This document shows positions 28,454 to 36,409 of a stretch of 53,854 nt of DNA, in pieces. How positions within the stretch are numbered: position 1 is the stretch's first letter; every line of letters starts with the position of its first letter. This DNA is from a virus (taxonomy: Duplodnaviria; Caudoviricetes), in the IMG/VR virus record IMGVR_UViG_3300021961_000135, positions 1-53,854 of that record, one strand, 5' to 3'. The notes under the pieces were generated by a model. It was not told the DNA's origin and did no database searches. It saw only the letters and a program-made list of their open reading frames with translations. The position numbers and the translations under genes were made by a program.

Positions 28454-30439
28454 TTAGTTTTTTGCTAACCCATAACGACGGTGTGCGCCACCGTCAGCGT
28501 CCAATGGAATGCCCGGCATATAAGGCGGCTCCATAGTCATCTGCGCCAAGACCCAAGTCTTAGCTTCTGCAACTTCAGCGTCAGGAACCACAACGATCTG
28601 TTCGTCATGTACTGTTCCCGCCACGAAGTATCTCTTCGCAGTACGCACCATCCCATCAGTCATCACGCATCTCGCTACGCCCTGCGTGACATTGTTGGTT
28701 ATTTTTCCTGCGTATATCTTAGTACGATCTGGCCCGTATGTCCACTCCAGTTGATCTTTATTTGTTTTCTCGTCTTTGTAGCGCCTGATGCTGAGGTCAG
28801 GATACAACAGCTTCATGCCGGACGGCAGTTCAATCTCCCCCTTGCGGTAGATCAGGCACTTGTGCTTGTACTCACGCCCCTTGTACAGGCACTCACCGAT
28901 AAGCTGGGTGTTCAAATCCCAGAAGTCCACCACAGGCGTAGCTGTAGCCCTGTACTTGTCGATGATGGCCTTGGCCGCAAGGCAGTGGATGACTAGCTCC
29001 TTGGTCGTACAGGTGTGCGGTATGGCTTGGAGCTTCTCAGCGTTGACTTCCCATTCCAAGAACTTTACTGCGGCTTGTTGCGTGACCCCCAGTTTCTTTG
29101 CAAAGGCAAGGTCGTACCGCTGAGGCGGCGCCCCAAGGAACCCTGTAAGTAGTTGCGACGCAAAGGCAGCCCAACCGAGTCCATAGCCGCACCCAAGCAA
29201 CGCGCTCTTTGCCGACTGCCTGAGATCAGGATGGGACTCTTTGGTGAGATTGGGGATGTTGAACATCTGCGCACCGAACGCGGCATAAGGGTCACCCCCA
29301 GCCCTGAAGATGTCAAGCATATCTGTATAGTCAGCCAGCCACGCAAGGACTCGCGGCTCAATCTGTGACAGATCGCCCACGACGAGTTGGTGGCCAGCGG
29401 GAGCCATAATTGCTTTGCGTAAGAACGAACCCCGCTTGAGGTTTTGCATGTTGATGGCCGAGCCTTTGCTTGCTGTCCAACGACCCGTCTGCGCACCGTA
29501 GTAAGAAAGCGGAACAGGGAGCGCACCTCTCTGGCTGATCTCAAGGAATCGCTGTGCGCGGGTTCTCTCTGTAGTAGATTTAACCCGAAGACGCGCTTCA
29601 CAAAGAAGGGCAACGTCCTCACGTTCACCGTTGAGTAACGCTTGAAATAGGGCATCGTTTTTAGCGAGTGCAAGTGTTTCTTTCCCAGTCGTCTTACTGG
29701 TCTTGGTTGGCGGAACCACATTGAGTTTCGTAAGTAGTGCAGCAAACTGCTGATTCGACGCCAGTGCAGTCTCTTCCACGCCGAGCTTCTGTAATAGGGC
29801 TTCACGTTTTTCCTTTTCATCTAGTATGGCATCGGTCAGCATGTTGGGGTCAAGCTCAAGGCATGCACGGGTGTACATCTTGAGGGTCATGTCTATAAGC
29901 CGTAGTTCTTTCGCAGGGTATCCTTTGACCAAGCGATCAAAGATTCTTTCGCATAGATATACGTCGTGTTTGCAATAGTCCGATAGCTCAGATTCCATGA
30001 CCTCGTCCAACTCGGCCACACCATTGGTGCTGTATACGGCTGTCCCTTTGGCGGGAAGATTAAAATCGATTGCAAGTTTGGCGAGACTGTTGCCAACCTC
30101 AACGCCTCTGAGAGCTCTCGCCATTGATAATGTGTCGAAGATGAAGCAGGGTGATACACCGTAGCGCCACTCCATAATGGATACATCGAACTGTGCGTTG
30201 TGCGCAAGCACTGCGGTTCGTCCCCAGTCGATTCCAGAAAAGTATTCACGTAGTCCATCTCCTCTAACCCACGTAGTTGGGCTGTCAGATCCGAACTCAT
30301 GAACGCAGCATCCAAACGCGTGAAATAAGTCATGGCGTATGTACTCCTCAGTTGTCATTTTTGTTAGTGTGTAACCTATCTTGGTGTCCCAATAGGTCTC
30401 GAAGTCGATCGTCAAGATCGTGTCGTATGGTTTACTCAT
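28454..30439 (-). CDS. polA: DNA polymerase family A with 3'-5' exonuclease
   Basis: IDFET, AHNAQFD, Y...D (exonuclease); TGRW, DLSQIEPR (motif A), RQSAKSALLGCGYG (motif B), TVHDE (motif C). Confidence 0.95.
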   Translation of the reverse strand: MSKPYDTILTIDFETYWDTKIGYTLTKMTTEEYIRHDLFHAFGCCVHEFGSDSPTTWVRGDGLREYFSGIDWGRTAVLAHNAQFDVSIMEWRYGVSPCFIFDTLSMARALRGVEVGNSLAKLAIDFNLPAKGTAVYSTNGVAELDEVMESELSDYCKHDVYLCERIFDRLVKGYPAKELRLIDMTLKMYTRACLELDPNMLTDAILDEKEKREALLQKLGVEETALASNQQFAALLTKLNVVPPTKTSKTTGKETLALAKNDALFQALLNGEREDVALLCEARLRVKSTTERTRAQRFLEISQRGALPVPLSYYGAQTGRWTASKGSAINMQNLKRGSFLRKAIMAPAGHQLVVGDLSQIEPRVLAWLADYTDMLDIFRAGGDPYAAFGAQMFNIPNLTKESHPDLRQSAKSALLGCGYGLGWAAFASQLLTGFLGAPPQRYDLAFAKKLGVTQQAAVKFLEWEVNAEKLQAIPHTCTTKELVIHCLAAKAIIDKYRATATPVVDFWDLNTQLIGECLYKGREYKHKCLIYRKGEIELPSGMKLLYPDLSIRRYKDEKTNKDQLEWTYGPDRTKIYAGKITNNVTQGVARCVMTDGMVRTAKRYFVAGTVHDEQIVVVPDAEVAEAKTWVLAQMTMEPPYMPGIPLDADGGAHRRYGLAKN

Positions 30440-30659
30440 TCTTCTCCTTAAGTTTTGCTTCTACTGCTCGGGCAAGTTCCATGTTGTTTGCCCACCCGAC
30501 TCGATAGATTTCACCGATCTCTTCGTTGGTCAGGTTGACCCACCCACGCTTCTCAAAATGATACGGCTGTCCCATGTCACGCAGGATCTGCTTGCCAAGA
30601 TTAGATTGCTTCTCAACCATGTTGAAAGCTTCGTCTTCTTCAGGTGTCCAGTCTGTCAT
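30432..30659 (-). CDS. Hypothetical protein
   Basis: Translationally coupled small ORF with a WVNLTNEEI...ARAVEAKL module. Confidence 0.7.
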   Translation of the reverse strand: MTDWTPEEDEAFNMVEKQSNLGKQILRDMGQPYHFEKRGWVNLTNEEIGEIYRVGWANNMELARAVEAKLKEKNE

Positions 30660-30862
30660 GTGTTCTTCTCCTTGTTTGTTGGCAGGTGCTCAAGATGGTT
30701 TTGTACTTTCCAACCCATCGCATCAGCGTAGCCGCGCTCGTACTCTTTGCGTAGTAGTTCTTCTGGTTCCCACGGAAGTGGTGTACCCGCGTGTTTGTAT
30801 GCCTCATTGCGCCACATAGAAGCGCTGATTTTGTATCGTTCGCAGTTTGGGCAGTCAGTCAT
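30656..30862 (-). CDS. Hypothetical protein (CPNC)
   Basis: Overlapping start/stop with neighbours and an SD. Confidence 0.65.
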   Translation of the reverse strand: MTDCPNCERYKISASMWRNEAYKHAGTPLPWEPEELLRKEYERGYADAMGWKVQNHLEHLPTNKEKNT

Positions 30863-31047
30863 TTCTTCTCCTTTAATTTATCCCAGTGCTCGCCATAAAT
30901 TTCTTCGCACTGAACCCAAGTGAACAAGTATTGCCACATGGAAAGTTTGTTGCCAAGGTCATGGTGTGTTTCAGCCATATCCAAACAAGTTGCCTTCATG
31001 CGGTCAACGTAGCTTTCGCGGGTGTCGTTGTTGTACGGGACACTCAT
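30859..31047 (-). CDS. Hypothetical protein
   Basis: ATGA-type coupling to neighbours. Confidence 0.6.
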   Translation of the reverse strand: MSVPYNNDTRESYVDRMKATCLDMAETHHDLGNKLSMWQYLFTWVQCEEIYGEHWDKLKEKK

Positions 31048-31265
31048 GCGTACCCATTTACAAGTATGTGATTTTTTGCTTCTTCCAAAGCGCCAACCAG
31101 TTCAAGTCGGTTTTCAATCTTGGAGCATTTGATCTTAAATTGCCCAGTCCCACGATGGAACAACAACACGATTACTGCATCCGGCTCGGCGTCAATGGCC
31201 TCGGTAAGGGTTTCTGTAGCCGCCACTTTGTACTCATCAAATGTCAGTGATTTAAGTTTGCTCAT
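31044..31265 (-). CDS. Hypothetical protein
   Basis: ATGA-type coupling, AGGAG SD. Confidence 0.65.
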   Translation of the reverse strand: MSKLKSLTFDEYKVAATETLTEAIDAEPDAVIVLLFHRGTGQFKIKCSKIENRLELVGALEEAKNHILVNGYA

Positions 31266-31642
31266 GTGTTTTTGCTCCTTAATTTGGCTTCAATGGCTCG
31301 GGCAAATTCATTCAAAGGTAGGTATGTCTCGCCTTCAGTGTCTGCCAATGATTGTGACCACAAACGAGAAATCTCCTCATCCGTCAGCGGCTTGCGCTGT
31401 GGTGGGGTGGTGTAGAGGGGCACTTCGTAACGGATCGGATAGTCAGGCCGATCTTTACCCCAAGACACATGGGCGTAACTGCCGAGCATCGTGGCCCACG
31501 CCACAGGCTCCTGCTCTGGCTGTGCCAAGGCTTCTTTGATGGCGGTTACAGCAGGGTCAAGATAAACACAACCATGCTCATGGTGTGTCAAATGCAATTC
31601 CAACGCCTCCAGCGCCAGCTTCAATGCTTCTCGTTCAGTCAT
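31262..31642 (-). CDS. Hypothetical modular phage protein
   Basis: EALKLALEAL...QPEQEPVAW...PLYTTPP...PLTDEEI. Confidence 0.75.
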   Translation of the reverse strand: MTEREALKLALEALELHLTHHEHGCVYLDPAVTAIKEALAQPEQEPVAWATMLGSYAHVSWGKDRPDYPIRYEVPLYTTPPQRKPLTDEEISRLWSQSLADTEGETYLPLNEFARAIEAKLRSKNT

Positions 31643-31869
31643 GCTTGTCCCCTTGCTCGGATGGCTTTCAAAACCCGATCACTTAGTGCTTTATCTGCGC
31701 CAAGTAATGCAAGACCAGCCGTATTGGCACACGCCTCACGCTCCTCGGCAACGACCCGCTCAACAAGGGTCATCAGGTGCTGAGTACTACAGTGCCACGA
31801 CTTGTACTCACGATTTTGATCTATGGCCTCATGCAACATAAAGGCTACTTGTTCTGCGTTGTATTTCAT
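31639..31869 (-). CDS. Hypothetical protein
   Basis: AEEREACA...AIRARG module; coupled ORF. Confidence 0.7.
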   Translation of the reverse strand: MKYNAEQVAFMLHEAIDQNREYKSWHCSTQHLMTLVERVVAEEREACANTAGLALLGADKALSDRVLKAIRARGQA

Positions 31870-32213
31870 GACTGCCCCCTTAACTTCAAGCCGCGCTCAT
31901 TTAAACGCTCAATGATTTCTCTTAAGCTTTTGCGTCCTAAATTTGGAGTCTTAAGCAGGCGTTGCTCGGTGCACCCAAGTAACTGCGTGATGGTGTAAAT
32001 TTCTTCTGCTTTCAAGCAATGCTCAGACCTAACAGTCAGCCCAAGGGCTTCAATCCCATCAAATACAACAGCCTCAGCCATTGCCCATTTATTCAGGATT
32101 TCCTGTCTGCGCTCTATCATGTCTTCCGCAACACGGTAAGCATCACGGGCTGATTGCGGGGAAACCCTCAATACCTCAAGCGCTAAATGGTCAAGTAATT
32201 CTTCTTTAGTCAT
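31866..32213 (-). CDS. RNA polymerase alpha-subunit C-terminal domain homologue
   Basis: IEALGLTVRSEHCLKAEEIYTITQLL...LLKTPNLGRKSLREI...RGLKL aligns by eye with the RpoA CTD (LELTVRSANCLKAE...LLKTPNLGKKSLTEI). Confidence 0.9.
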   Translation of the reverse strand: MTKEELLDHLALEVLRVSPQSARDAYRVAEDMIERRQEILNKWAMAEAVVFDGIEALGLTVRSEHCLKAEEIYTITQLLGCTEQRLLKTPNLGRKSLREIIERLNERGLKLRGQS

Positions 32214-32473
32214 TGGTAGTCCTTGCATGAATGGTGTTTAGCATCTTCACGGTCTGTCCATGTACCTGTGCAACCTGTACACTTAAACTTGCCTGCGGTG
32301 ATTGAAAACTTACCCGTCAACCTTGGCTCAGGCAGTTCAAGTTGTTCTGCATAAATGCGCTCACGCTCGGCAGAAGCGACAAGGGCGGCAAAGCGTCTTA
32401 GCGCTCCATGATCTCCATCCATGCCAACAAACCCTGCCTCTTGTGCCATGCGAGTGATGTCTTCTCTGTTCAT
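32210..32473 (-). CDS. Hypothetical protein with C2H2-like Zn finger
   Basis: C-terminal FKCTGC...W....AKHHSC. Confidence 0.65.
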   Translation of the reverse strand: MNREDITRMAQEAGFVGMDGDHGALRRFAALVASAERERIYAEQLELPEPRLTGKFSITAGKFKCTGCTGTWTDREDAKHHSCKDYQ

Positions 32474-32691
32474 GGTTTCTCCTTCTTTGTCATCTCATGC
32501 AATGCTTCCTCAATGAAGCCCATGTGATTGCCTGACCACATGTCCCATGCACCTGTGCGCTTTTGGTTGATGGTCAGATCACCGTTGGGGCTGTGCCGTA
32601 ACAACTCACCCATGTCTTTACAACTGGCGGTGAATTGTTTGGGCGCCTCTTGGTCGGGGCAGATTGTGTACGTGTATGGTAGTTTTGCCAT
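32470..32691 (-). CDS. Hypothetical protein
   Basis: Coupled ORF with AAGGAG SD. Confidence 0.65.
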   Translation of the reverse strand: MAKLPYTYTICPDQEAPKQFTASCKDMGELLRHSPNGDLTINQKRTGAWDMWSGNHMGFIEEALHEMTKKEKP

Positions 32692-32701
32692 TGCTTCTCC
32701 T

Positions 32702-32992
32702 TCAGTTAAAGTTTTCTTTTGGTGGTGCGTCTAACAGGTTTAGAAAGCCGAAAAAATCGTTTGCCGCCAACATGAGTTGCGACGCCTCCATCTCGTTACA
32801 GTTTAGGGTAACGACTCCTGCCATTGAATCTTCAGCGCGGCCAATGATGACCACGCCTTGTGCCTTGCCTTCTCCGTAGCACATCACCAGTTTGTGGATC
32901 AGTAGCTTGAAGTGGGCTTGCTCTTCGTCTGACATGGCGTGTACTCTGCGCTCAAGTTCAGCTTCGGTCATTGAGAAATCAGCTTCTAGCAT
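32702..32992 (-). CDS. Hypothetical protein
   Basis: In operon context with an SD. Confidence 0.65.
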   Translation of the reverse strand: MLEADFSMTEAELERRVHAMSDEEQAHFKLLIHKLVMCYGEGKAQGVVIIGRAEDSMAGVVTLNCNEMEASQLMLAANDFFGFLNLLDAPPKENFN

Positions 32993-33284
32993 CGCGTAGC
33001 TCCGTGAGTAACAGCTTCAGGTCGTCAAGGTTGTGCTCACGGGCAATGAACACAGTCCCGCCATGGTTGAGGATGGCGTTGAGTTCCCTGTCTTGAAGAG
33101 CTGTGGTTGTGCCCTTGCCGGCCTTGCACTCGATGGCGATGAAGTGTCCGTCCATGCAGCCAATGATGTCAGGTATACCCGCTCGGCCAAAGCCATTAGC
33201 GGGGGGCATGAAGTGGTAGATGTTGAGTGTGTCAAGTAGTTTCCTTACATTCGCTTTTACTTTTGATTCAGGTGTCGAAGCCAT
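32979..33284 (-). CDS. VRR-NUC nuclease / resolvase-like protein
   Basis: TPESKVK...GIPDIIGC..G.FIAIECKA......LQ. Confidence 0.88.
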   Translation of the reverse strand: MASTPESKVKANVRKLLDTLNIYHFMPPANGFGRAGIPDIIGCMDGHFIAIECKAGKGTTTALQDRELNAILNHGGTVFIAREHNLDDLKLLLTELRDARS

Positions 33285-33519
33285 GGCGGTCTCCATTTGG
33301 TTCGACATACCTTGTGAGATTGACTTCGGGGTTGGCAAATGTTTTGCCGTCATTGGCAAGCTCTCTGTTGAGCAAGCCGAACGCAAACAGCATATTCCTG
33401 TACCCGTAGTAATCTATAGTTTTTGCCACATCAGGCAACACAGCCGCGCTTGGGTCAGACGCCAGTATGAGGTACAGGAGCCGCAAGGTCATCCAGTCTT
33501 GTCGTTTAAGTTTTTTCAT
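33268..33519 (-). CDS. Hypothetical protein
   Basis: Fills the operon gap, overlapping both neighbours. Confidence 0.55.
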   Translation of the reverse strand: MKKLKRQDWMTLRLLYLILASDPSAAVLPDVAKTIDYYGYRNMLFAFGLLNRELANDGKTFANPEVNLTRYVEPNGDRHGFDT

Positions 33520-33739
33520 TGTTTTTCCCATGCATTTCGTAAAGGGTTGCAATGTAGGCGAGCATCCTGTCAAGCGGATAGCCGTTGTGGTACGCAAGCG
33601 TACACATGTAGCTCATGAGCGCAGATATGCCGATGTCTACTTTCTGCTTGCCCATGGCGGACTTAAGAATTTCTACTGCGGCTTCTACTTGCGCTCTCTT
33701 GTTGTTGAGTTCGCGTGTTTCTTCAATGTCTTTGGTCAT
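33506..33739 (-). CDS. Hypothetical protein
   Basis: AGGAG SD; helical protein. Confidence 0.6.
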   Translation of the reverse strand: MTKDIEETRELNNKRAQVEAAVEILKSAMGKQKVDIGISALMSYMCTLAYHNGYPLDRMLAYIATLYEMHGKNNEKT

Positions 33740-33740
33740 G

Positions 33741-34022
33741 TCACTTCTCCTGTGTTTCTATTAGTTTGTCTAAGTAGTGCCGTGCCTTGCGTAGGTCATC
33801 AACACCGCCCTTGTCTTTCCAGCGGGACACATACTTTACGATGTTTCCTTCAAGGTAGCCAAGGTTATTTCCAACAATGTAGTCCCATGGCTGTATGGCT
33901 TTGCTCTTGTAGTGAGTGCCCGCTATCTGCACATCGTTGGCTGTAAGCGTTTGTACATGCTTGCGCGTGGTCTCATGGAACAGATCAAGCTGGTCGCTTG
34001 TCGGTATGGGTGGCTTAGTCAT
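33741..34022 (-). CDS. DUF3310 / SaV-like protein
   Basis: QIAGTHY..AIQPWDYI...GNIVKYVSRWKDKGG.DDLRKA.HYL. Confidence 0.88.
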   Translation of the reverse strand: MTKPPIPTSDQLDLFHETTRKHVQTLTANDVQIAGTHYKSKAIQPWDYIVGNNLGYLEGNIVKYVSRWKDKGGVDDLRKARHYLDKLIETQEK

Positions 34023-34236
34023 TCTCGTCTCTCCTTCTGTTTAAAAAGGCGGCATCGGCTGGGTTGCGTATCCGCTCGATCTCATTGTCGTAGTACTTCT
34101 TGGGCATAGGCGCGTTCTTGTCTAAGAGCACGCGCAACCAATCAGCACCGCCAAGCTGTTTGAATATCATCCACTGCCTGTCAGACATTCTTAAAAATCT
34201 GTGCTTGAGTGGCTCAGGTGGTTTAGCTCTAGGCAT
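34015..34236 (-). CDS. Small DNA-binding-like hypothetical protein
   Basis: MPRAKPPEPL..R.LRMSD.QW..F..LGGADWLR has a ribbon-helix-helix-like pattern. Confidence 0.65.
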   Translation of the reverse strand: MPRAKPPEPLKHRFLRMSDRQWMIFKQLGGADWLRVLLDKNAPMPKKYYDNEIERIRNPADAAFLNRRRDEND

Positions 34237-34411
34237 CGCGCTTCATACTCCTAACAAAGACTGCAAAGCTGGCGCTCGTGTCGCCAAATGGCATTTTCTC
34301 AAACTCACGCGCCACTTCTTCAAGCGTTTCGTTACGCACGATCTGACGGAATTGTCGAGCAAATGCCGCGCCTGTGGCGCTGACATAGTCTTGTGTATCA
34401 TCGTCGTCCAT
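34229..34411 (-). CDS. Hypothetical protein
   Basis: RNETLEEVA...FGDTSASFAVFVR; coupled ORF. Confidence 0.65.
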   Translation of the reverse strand: MDDDDTQDYVSATGAAFARQFRQIVRNETLEEVAREFEKMPFGDTSASFAVFVRSMKRDA

Positions 34412-34656
34412 TATTCTCCCCTCGCTTTCAGCATAGCGTCTGCCGTTGAGTAACTACACTTGGCTAAGCGTTCTATTCCCGCTTCACTCCAACCTGTGCA
34501 AGCCGCAAGCATCCCTTGCATAGCCTTAGCCGCAAAGTAATCGCGCAGGGTCATGCCTTCATTGACGATTGTGTCTGGCGCTTTATCGTCGTAGTTGTAT
34601 ACGAGTGCGCTCATGGGAAACGCTGGTGTATTTTTATCCTGCATCTTAACCTCCAA
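34411..34656 (-). CDS. Conserved phage protein (TLRDYFAAKAMQG family)
   Basis: PAFP...GMTLRDYFAAKAMQG...SY..ADAMLKAR. Confidence 0.8.
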   Translation of the reverse strand: MEVKMQDKNTPAFPMSALVYNYDDKAPDTIVNEGMTLRDYFAAKAMQGMLAACTGWSEAGIERLAKCSYSTADAMLKARGE

Positions 34657-35320
34657 ACATCTGCTTCAAGTGCACATACAACTCATGCGCTTGGTACACA
34701 GTCATGTCTTGGAGAATGTCGTGCGGTGTCTTCGTACGCACAAGGGACACGAACGCTTTACGCTGTGTTGTATGCAACAACGGCTCAGACGCGGTAACCC
34801 CACTCATTGCATACGCGGCGGCATCCATTGCGTCTTGGCTAGGCGCAGGCATAAGCGGGTTTTCCAGCTTGGCTTTCAACAGCGCACCGATGCCTGTCGT
34901 GGCTTTCTTCTCGGGCTTTGGCTTCTCTTTCTTCTTGTAGTTAGGGTTCTTGATGGGCTCGTACTCTTTCACATCTGCGTACCACAGGCCGTTGGTGTCG
35001 TGGATCATTTTGCTTCTGCGCATCTGTGCAAGCAAAGACGAGATTGACCCCTTGCCAAAGCCTTGATGCCCAAGCTCTCTGATGATCTCTTGACGCGTAG
35101 AGCCGGGGTTGTCCTTGACATAGTTGAAGGTGACACGGGAGACATTGTTGGTGATTTTGTGTTGATTAAGCATGATTGGTCTTTGAGAAGGTGCGGATAC
35201 AGAGTTGTTGATAGTAGTGCTGATAGTAGAAGAGGTCTGGGGAGATTCCTCCCCGTCATCATCCCACTCGCGCAGAGTGGTACTAAGAGCAGCTTTGAGA
35301 GCAGTTTGAATGTCAGGCAT
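34646..35320 (-). CDS. Winged-helix-like protein
   Basis: Start at MPDIQ after a GGAGG SD; FNYVKDNPGSTRQEII...SISSLLAQM resembles a wHTH. Confidence 0.65.
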   Translation of the reverse strand: MPDIQTALKAALSTTLREWDDDGEESPQTSSTISTTINNSVSAPSQRPIMLNQHKITNNVSRVTFNYVKDNPGSTRQEIIRELGHQGFGKGSISSLLAQMRRSKMIHDTNGLWYADVKEYEPIKNPNYKKKEKPKPEKKATTGIGALLKAKLENPLMPAPSQDAMDAAAYAMSGVTASEPLLHTTQRKAFVSLVRTKTPHDILQDMTVYQAHELYVHLKQMFGG

Positions 35321-35531
35321 TTGAGGTTCCTCCAGTAAGTAGCATGACGATGGCGATGAAAGCAATGAGTCCGATGGACTGTATTGTGGTGAGAGTAAGC
35401 TCATCCATACCCTGCCTGTCACCAAGCAGCAAGCCCTGCACCCAAGTTTCCTCGGGCGTAGGTAGTGGGGATGGGGGTGTATAGAGCAAGCCAATCTTGA
35501 CCTTGCCCGTGTCGTAAGGTGTGTTTTTCAT
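35313..35531 (-). CDS. Small membrane protein
   Basis: PYDTGKVKIG N-terminus and a C-terminal hydrophobic helix. Confidence 0.7.
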   Translation of the reverse strand: MKNTPYDTGKVKIGLLYTPPSPLPTPEETWVQGLLLGDRQGMDELTLTTIQSIGLIAFIAIVMLLTGGTSNA

Positions 35532-35550
35532 TATTTCTCCTTGAGGGTTA

Positions 35551-35580
35551 TATTTTTGTCCAAGGCTGGACACAAGTCAA
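35551..35580 (-). promoter_or_regulatory. Operator-like palindrome within a possible promoter
   Basis: TGTCCAAGGCTGGACA (35557-35572) lies just downstream of a - strand TTGACT; the -10 element is weak. Confidence 0.45.
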
Positions 35581-35669
35581 TAGGGTCGCCAATAAAAAAG
35601 ATCGAGCATAAGTACAATTACGGATAACAAAAGTACTACCCGCTCAAGTTTTTCCCATTTAGTCAGCAT
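35577..35669 (-). CDS. 30-aa membrane peptide (not in ORF track)
   Basis: MLTKWEKLERVVLLLSVIVLMLDLFYWRPY, AGGAGG SD. Confidence 0.7.
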   Translation of the reverse strand: MLTKWEKLERVVLLLSVIVLMLDLFYWRPY

Positions 35670-35832
35670 TTGCCATCCTCCTGTTGTCCATGTAATCCAT
35701 TGATGCGAACCAAGCCGCACGCCATACCTCGTACATACGCCCCTTGAGGGGGAAGTCCTGTACCTTGTAATCGGGGAAGGTTTGCTTGCACCATTGGCGG
35801 TATGCGTTGTTGATGCGTGTGTCTAGTTTCAT
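35659..35832 (-). CDS. 57-aa hypothetical protein (not in ORF track)
   Basis: MKLDTRINNAYRQWC...VWRAAW; AAGGAGG SD; coupled ORF. Confidence 0.65.
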   Translation of the reverse strand: MKLDTRINNAYRQWCKQTFPDYKVQDFPLKGRMYEVWRAAWFASMDYMDNRRMANAD

Positions 35833-36008
35833 TGCTCGCCCTCCTTGCGCAGGGGCTCGATGTTCAAGTCCTTCAGTACACGCGACACAAGCGTGTAGAC
35901 ATCCTCGATGTATGTGATGCGGTACTCAGCGGGGTCGTTGACATAGTCACGCAAGTCCGCCTCGATGAATTGCAGATCACGCATGATCTCTTGTGTTACT
36001 ACTTTCAT
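35829..36008 (-). CDS. 59-aa hypothetical protein (not in ORF track)
   Basis: MKVVTQEIMRDLQFIEADL...; AAGGAG SD; coupled ORF. Confidence 0.65.
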   Translation of the reverse strand: MKVVTQEIMRDLQFIEADLRDYVNDPAEYRITYIEDVYTLVSRVLKDLNIEPLRKEGEQ

Positions 36009-36367
36009 TTACTCTCTCCTTTGATTAACACACGGGGCAGATCAATCATCCATTCGTAGTTGTCCATGCCCGTAACTGGATCAACCTTGTACACATTGAC
36101 ATTGAACCAATCATCGTTGTCAGGCGAGTGGATGTTGAACGAGTACTCATCTGTGCCATGCCACCAGTCGCCATCTCTGACGATCTCGTGTTTGTACTTG
36201 GCGATGAGGTCATCGGCAATTATTTGCAGTTGTGCGTCTGTCATTTGCTTTCTCCTTTGGTTGGTTTTTAAAACATAGAGAGCGTCAGGTCTGCTTGCAA
36301 ACCATTGGCTCAGTTGGGGGTTATCGTCTTGCATCAGTAGTGGCGGAGGCCACCCCGTCTTAGTCAT
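36005..36367 (-). CDS. Hypothetical protein (second internal start at 36244)
   Basis: MTKTGWPPPLLMQDD with AGGAGG SD; the internal MTDAQ also has an AGGAG SD. Confidence 0.6.
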   Translation of the reverse strand: MTKTGWPPPLLMQDDNPQLSQWFASRPDALYVLKTNQRRKQMTDAQLQIIADDLIAKYKHEIVRDGDWWHGTDEYSFNIHSPDNDDWFNVNVYKVDPVTGMDNYEWMIDLPRVLIKGESK

Positions 36368-36379
36368 ACATCCTCCTAT

Positions 36380-36403
36380 AAAAATGTGGGGGCAAGCCCC
36401 CAC
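36380..36403 (-). terminator. Intrinsic terminator after the amidotransferase gene
   Basis: GTGGGGG-CTTG-CCCCCAC-ATTTTT on the - strand. Confidence 0.65.
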
Positions 36404-36409
36404 TACGAA

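Noticed and set aside
29065-29820. 251-aa alternative-frame ORF inside the DNA polymerase gene
   Set aside because: Arg/Ser-rich with no recognisable motif. The polymerase frame is intact, so no frameshift or intron is needed.
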